Shown piece after piece: positions 44,040 to 44,326 of a stretch of 44,326 nt of DNA. The DNA lies in assembly GCF_006345805.1 (NCBI RefSeq), contig NW_021824681.1, positions 1-44,326 on the forward strand. Direction: 5' to 3'. Under the pieces are notes generated by a model. It had not been told where the DNA came from and did not search any database. It was given only the letters and a program-made list of their open reading frames with translations. A program made the position numbers and the translations under genes. This stretch comes from Octopus sinensis (lineage: Eukaryota). Positions within the stretch are counted from its first letter, which is position 1. Every line of letters begins with the position of its first letter.

Positions 44040-44326
44040 GGAAAGGTGAAAGAGTAGTGTAAAGTGGTAGGTAGGTAGGTGTGGGGAGAGGAAAAGGACA
44101 GTGAAGTAGTGGTGTGGGAGAGGGGGGGTGATAAGAGAGGAAGTAAATTGAAAAGGAATGCTAAAAAGAAGATTGGAACAGGTATTAGGTCAGTTGAAAT
44201 GGTGGTGGTGGTGGTGGTGGTGGTGAGGAGGACGAATAGGTGGTAAGGGTTTGGTCAAGTGAATTAAATATAGAGGCAGAGGAGGGGAAGTGAGGGAGGT
44301 AAGCAGGAACCATGACCTAAAAGGAA
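44040..44326. repeat. purine-rich low-complexity tract with (GGT)n
   Basis: Direct inspection. Confidence 0.8.

Overview
AT-rich, microsatellite-dense eukaryotic DNA. The interspersed repeats look like those I recall from Octopus genomes; this organism call is an inference and no database was searched. Most of the window is intron or intergenic sequence filled with retroposons and DNA-transposon relics. These include several tRNA-headed SINE families (working labels A, B, D, E), a headless (ATG)n-tailed family with an internal tandem array (C), CR1-like and RTE-like LINE fragments, Penelope-like remnants, decayed mariner and Tc1 transposases, and TTAA- or TA-flanked MITEs. One host coding exon is well supported: minus strand 24267-24818, phase 0/0, Ser/Thr-rich with two psi-K-x-E motifs, no recognisable family. 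There are a few weaker exon candidates and a possible promoter at about 33.4-33.7 kb (two RFX X-boxes, NRF1-like site, octamer, two CCAAT boxes). Nearly all other listed ORFs are microsatellite or SINE artefacts. The most notable observations are: (i) family C carries 62-67 nt units with conserved, covarying stems around hypervariable loops; (ii) hammerhead-ribozyme-like motifs in Penelope-like ends, one arranged as a 131 bp palindrome; (iii) a CR1-like LINE whose 3' tail matches the tail of SINE family A; (iv) a ~400 bp local inverted duplication that preserves the empty site of a later family C insertion. There is no CRISPR array, rRNA or genuine tRNA gene. TE boundaries were set by eye and are approximate unless a target-site duplication (TSD) is quoted.
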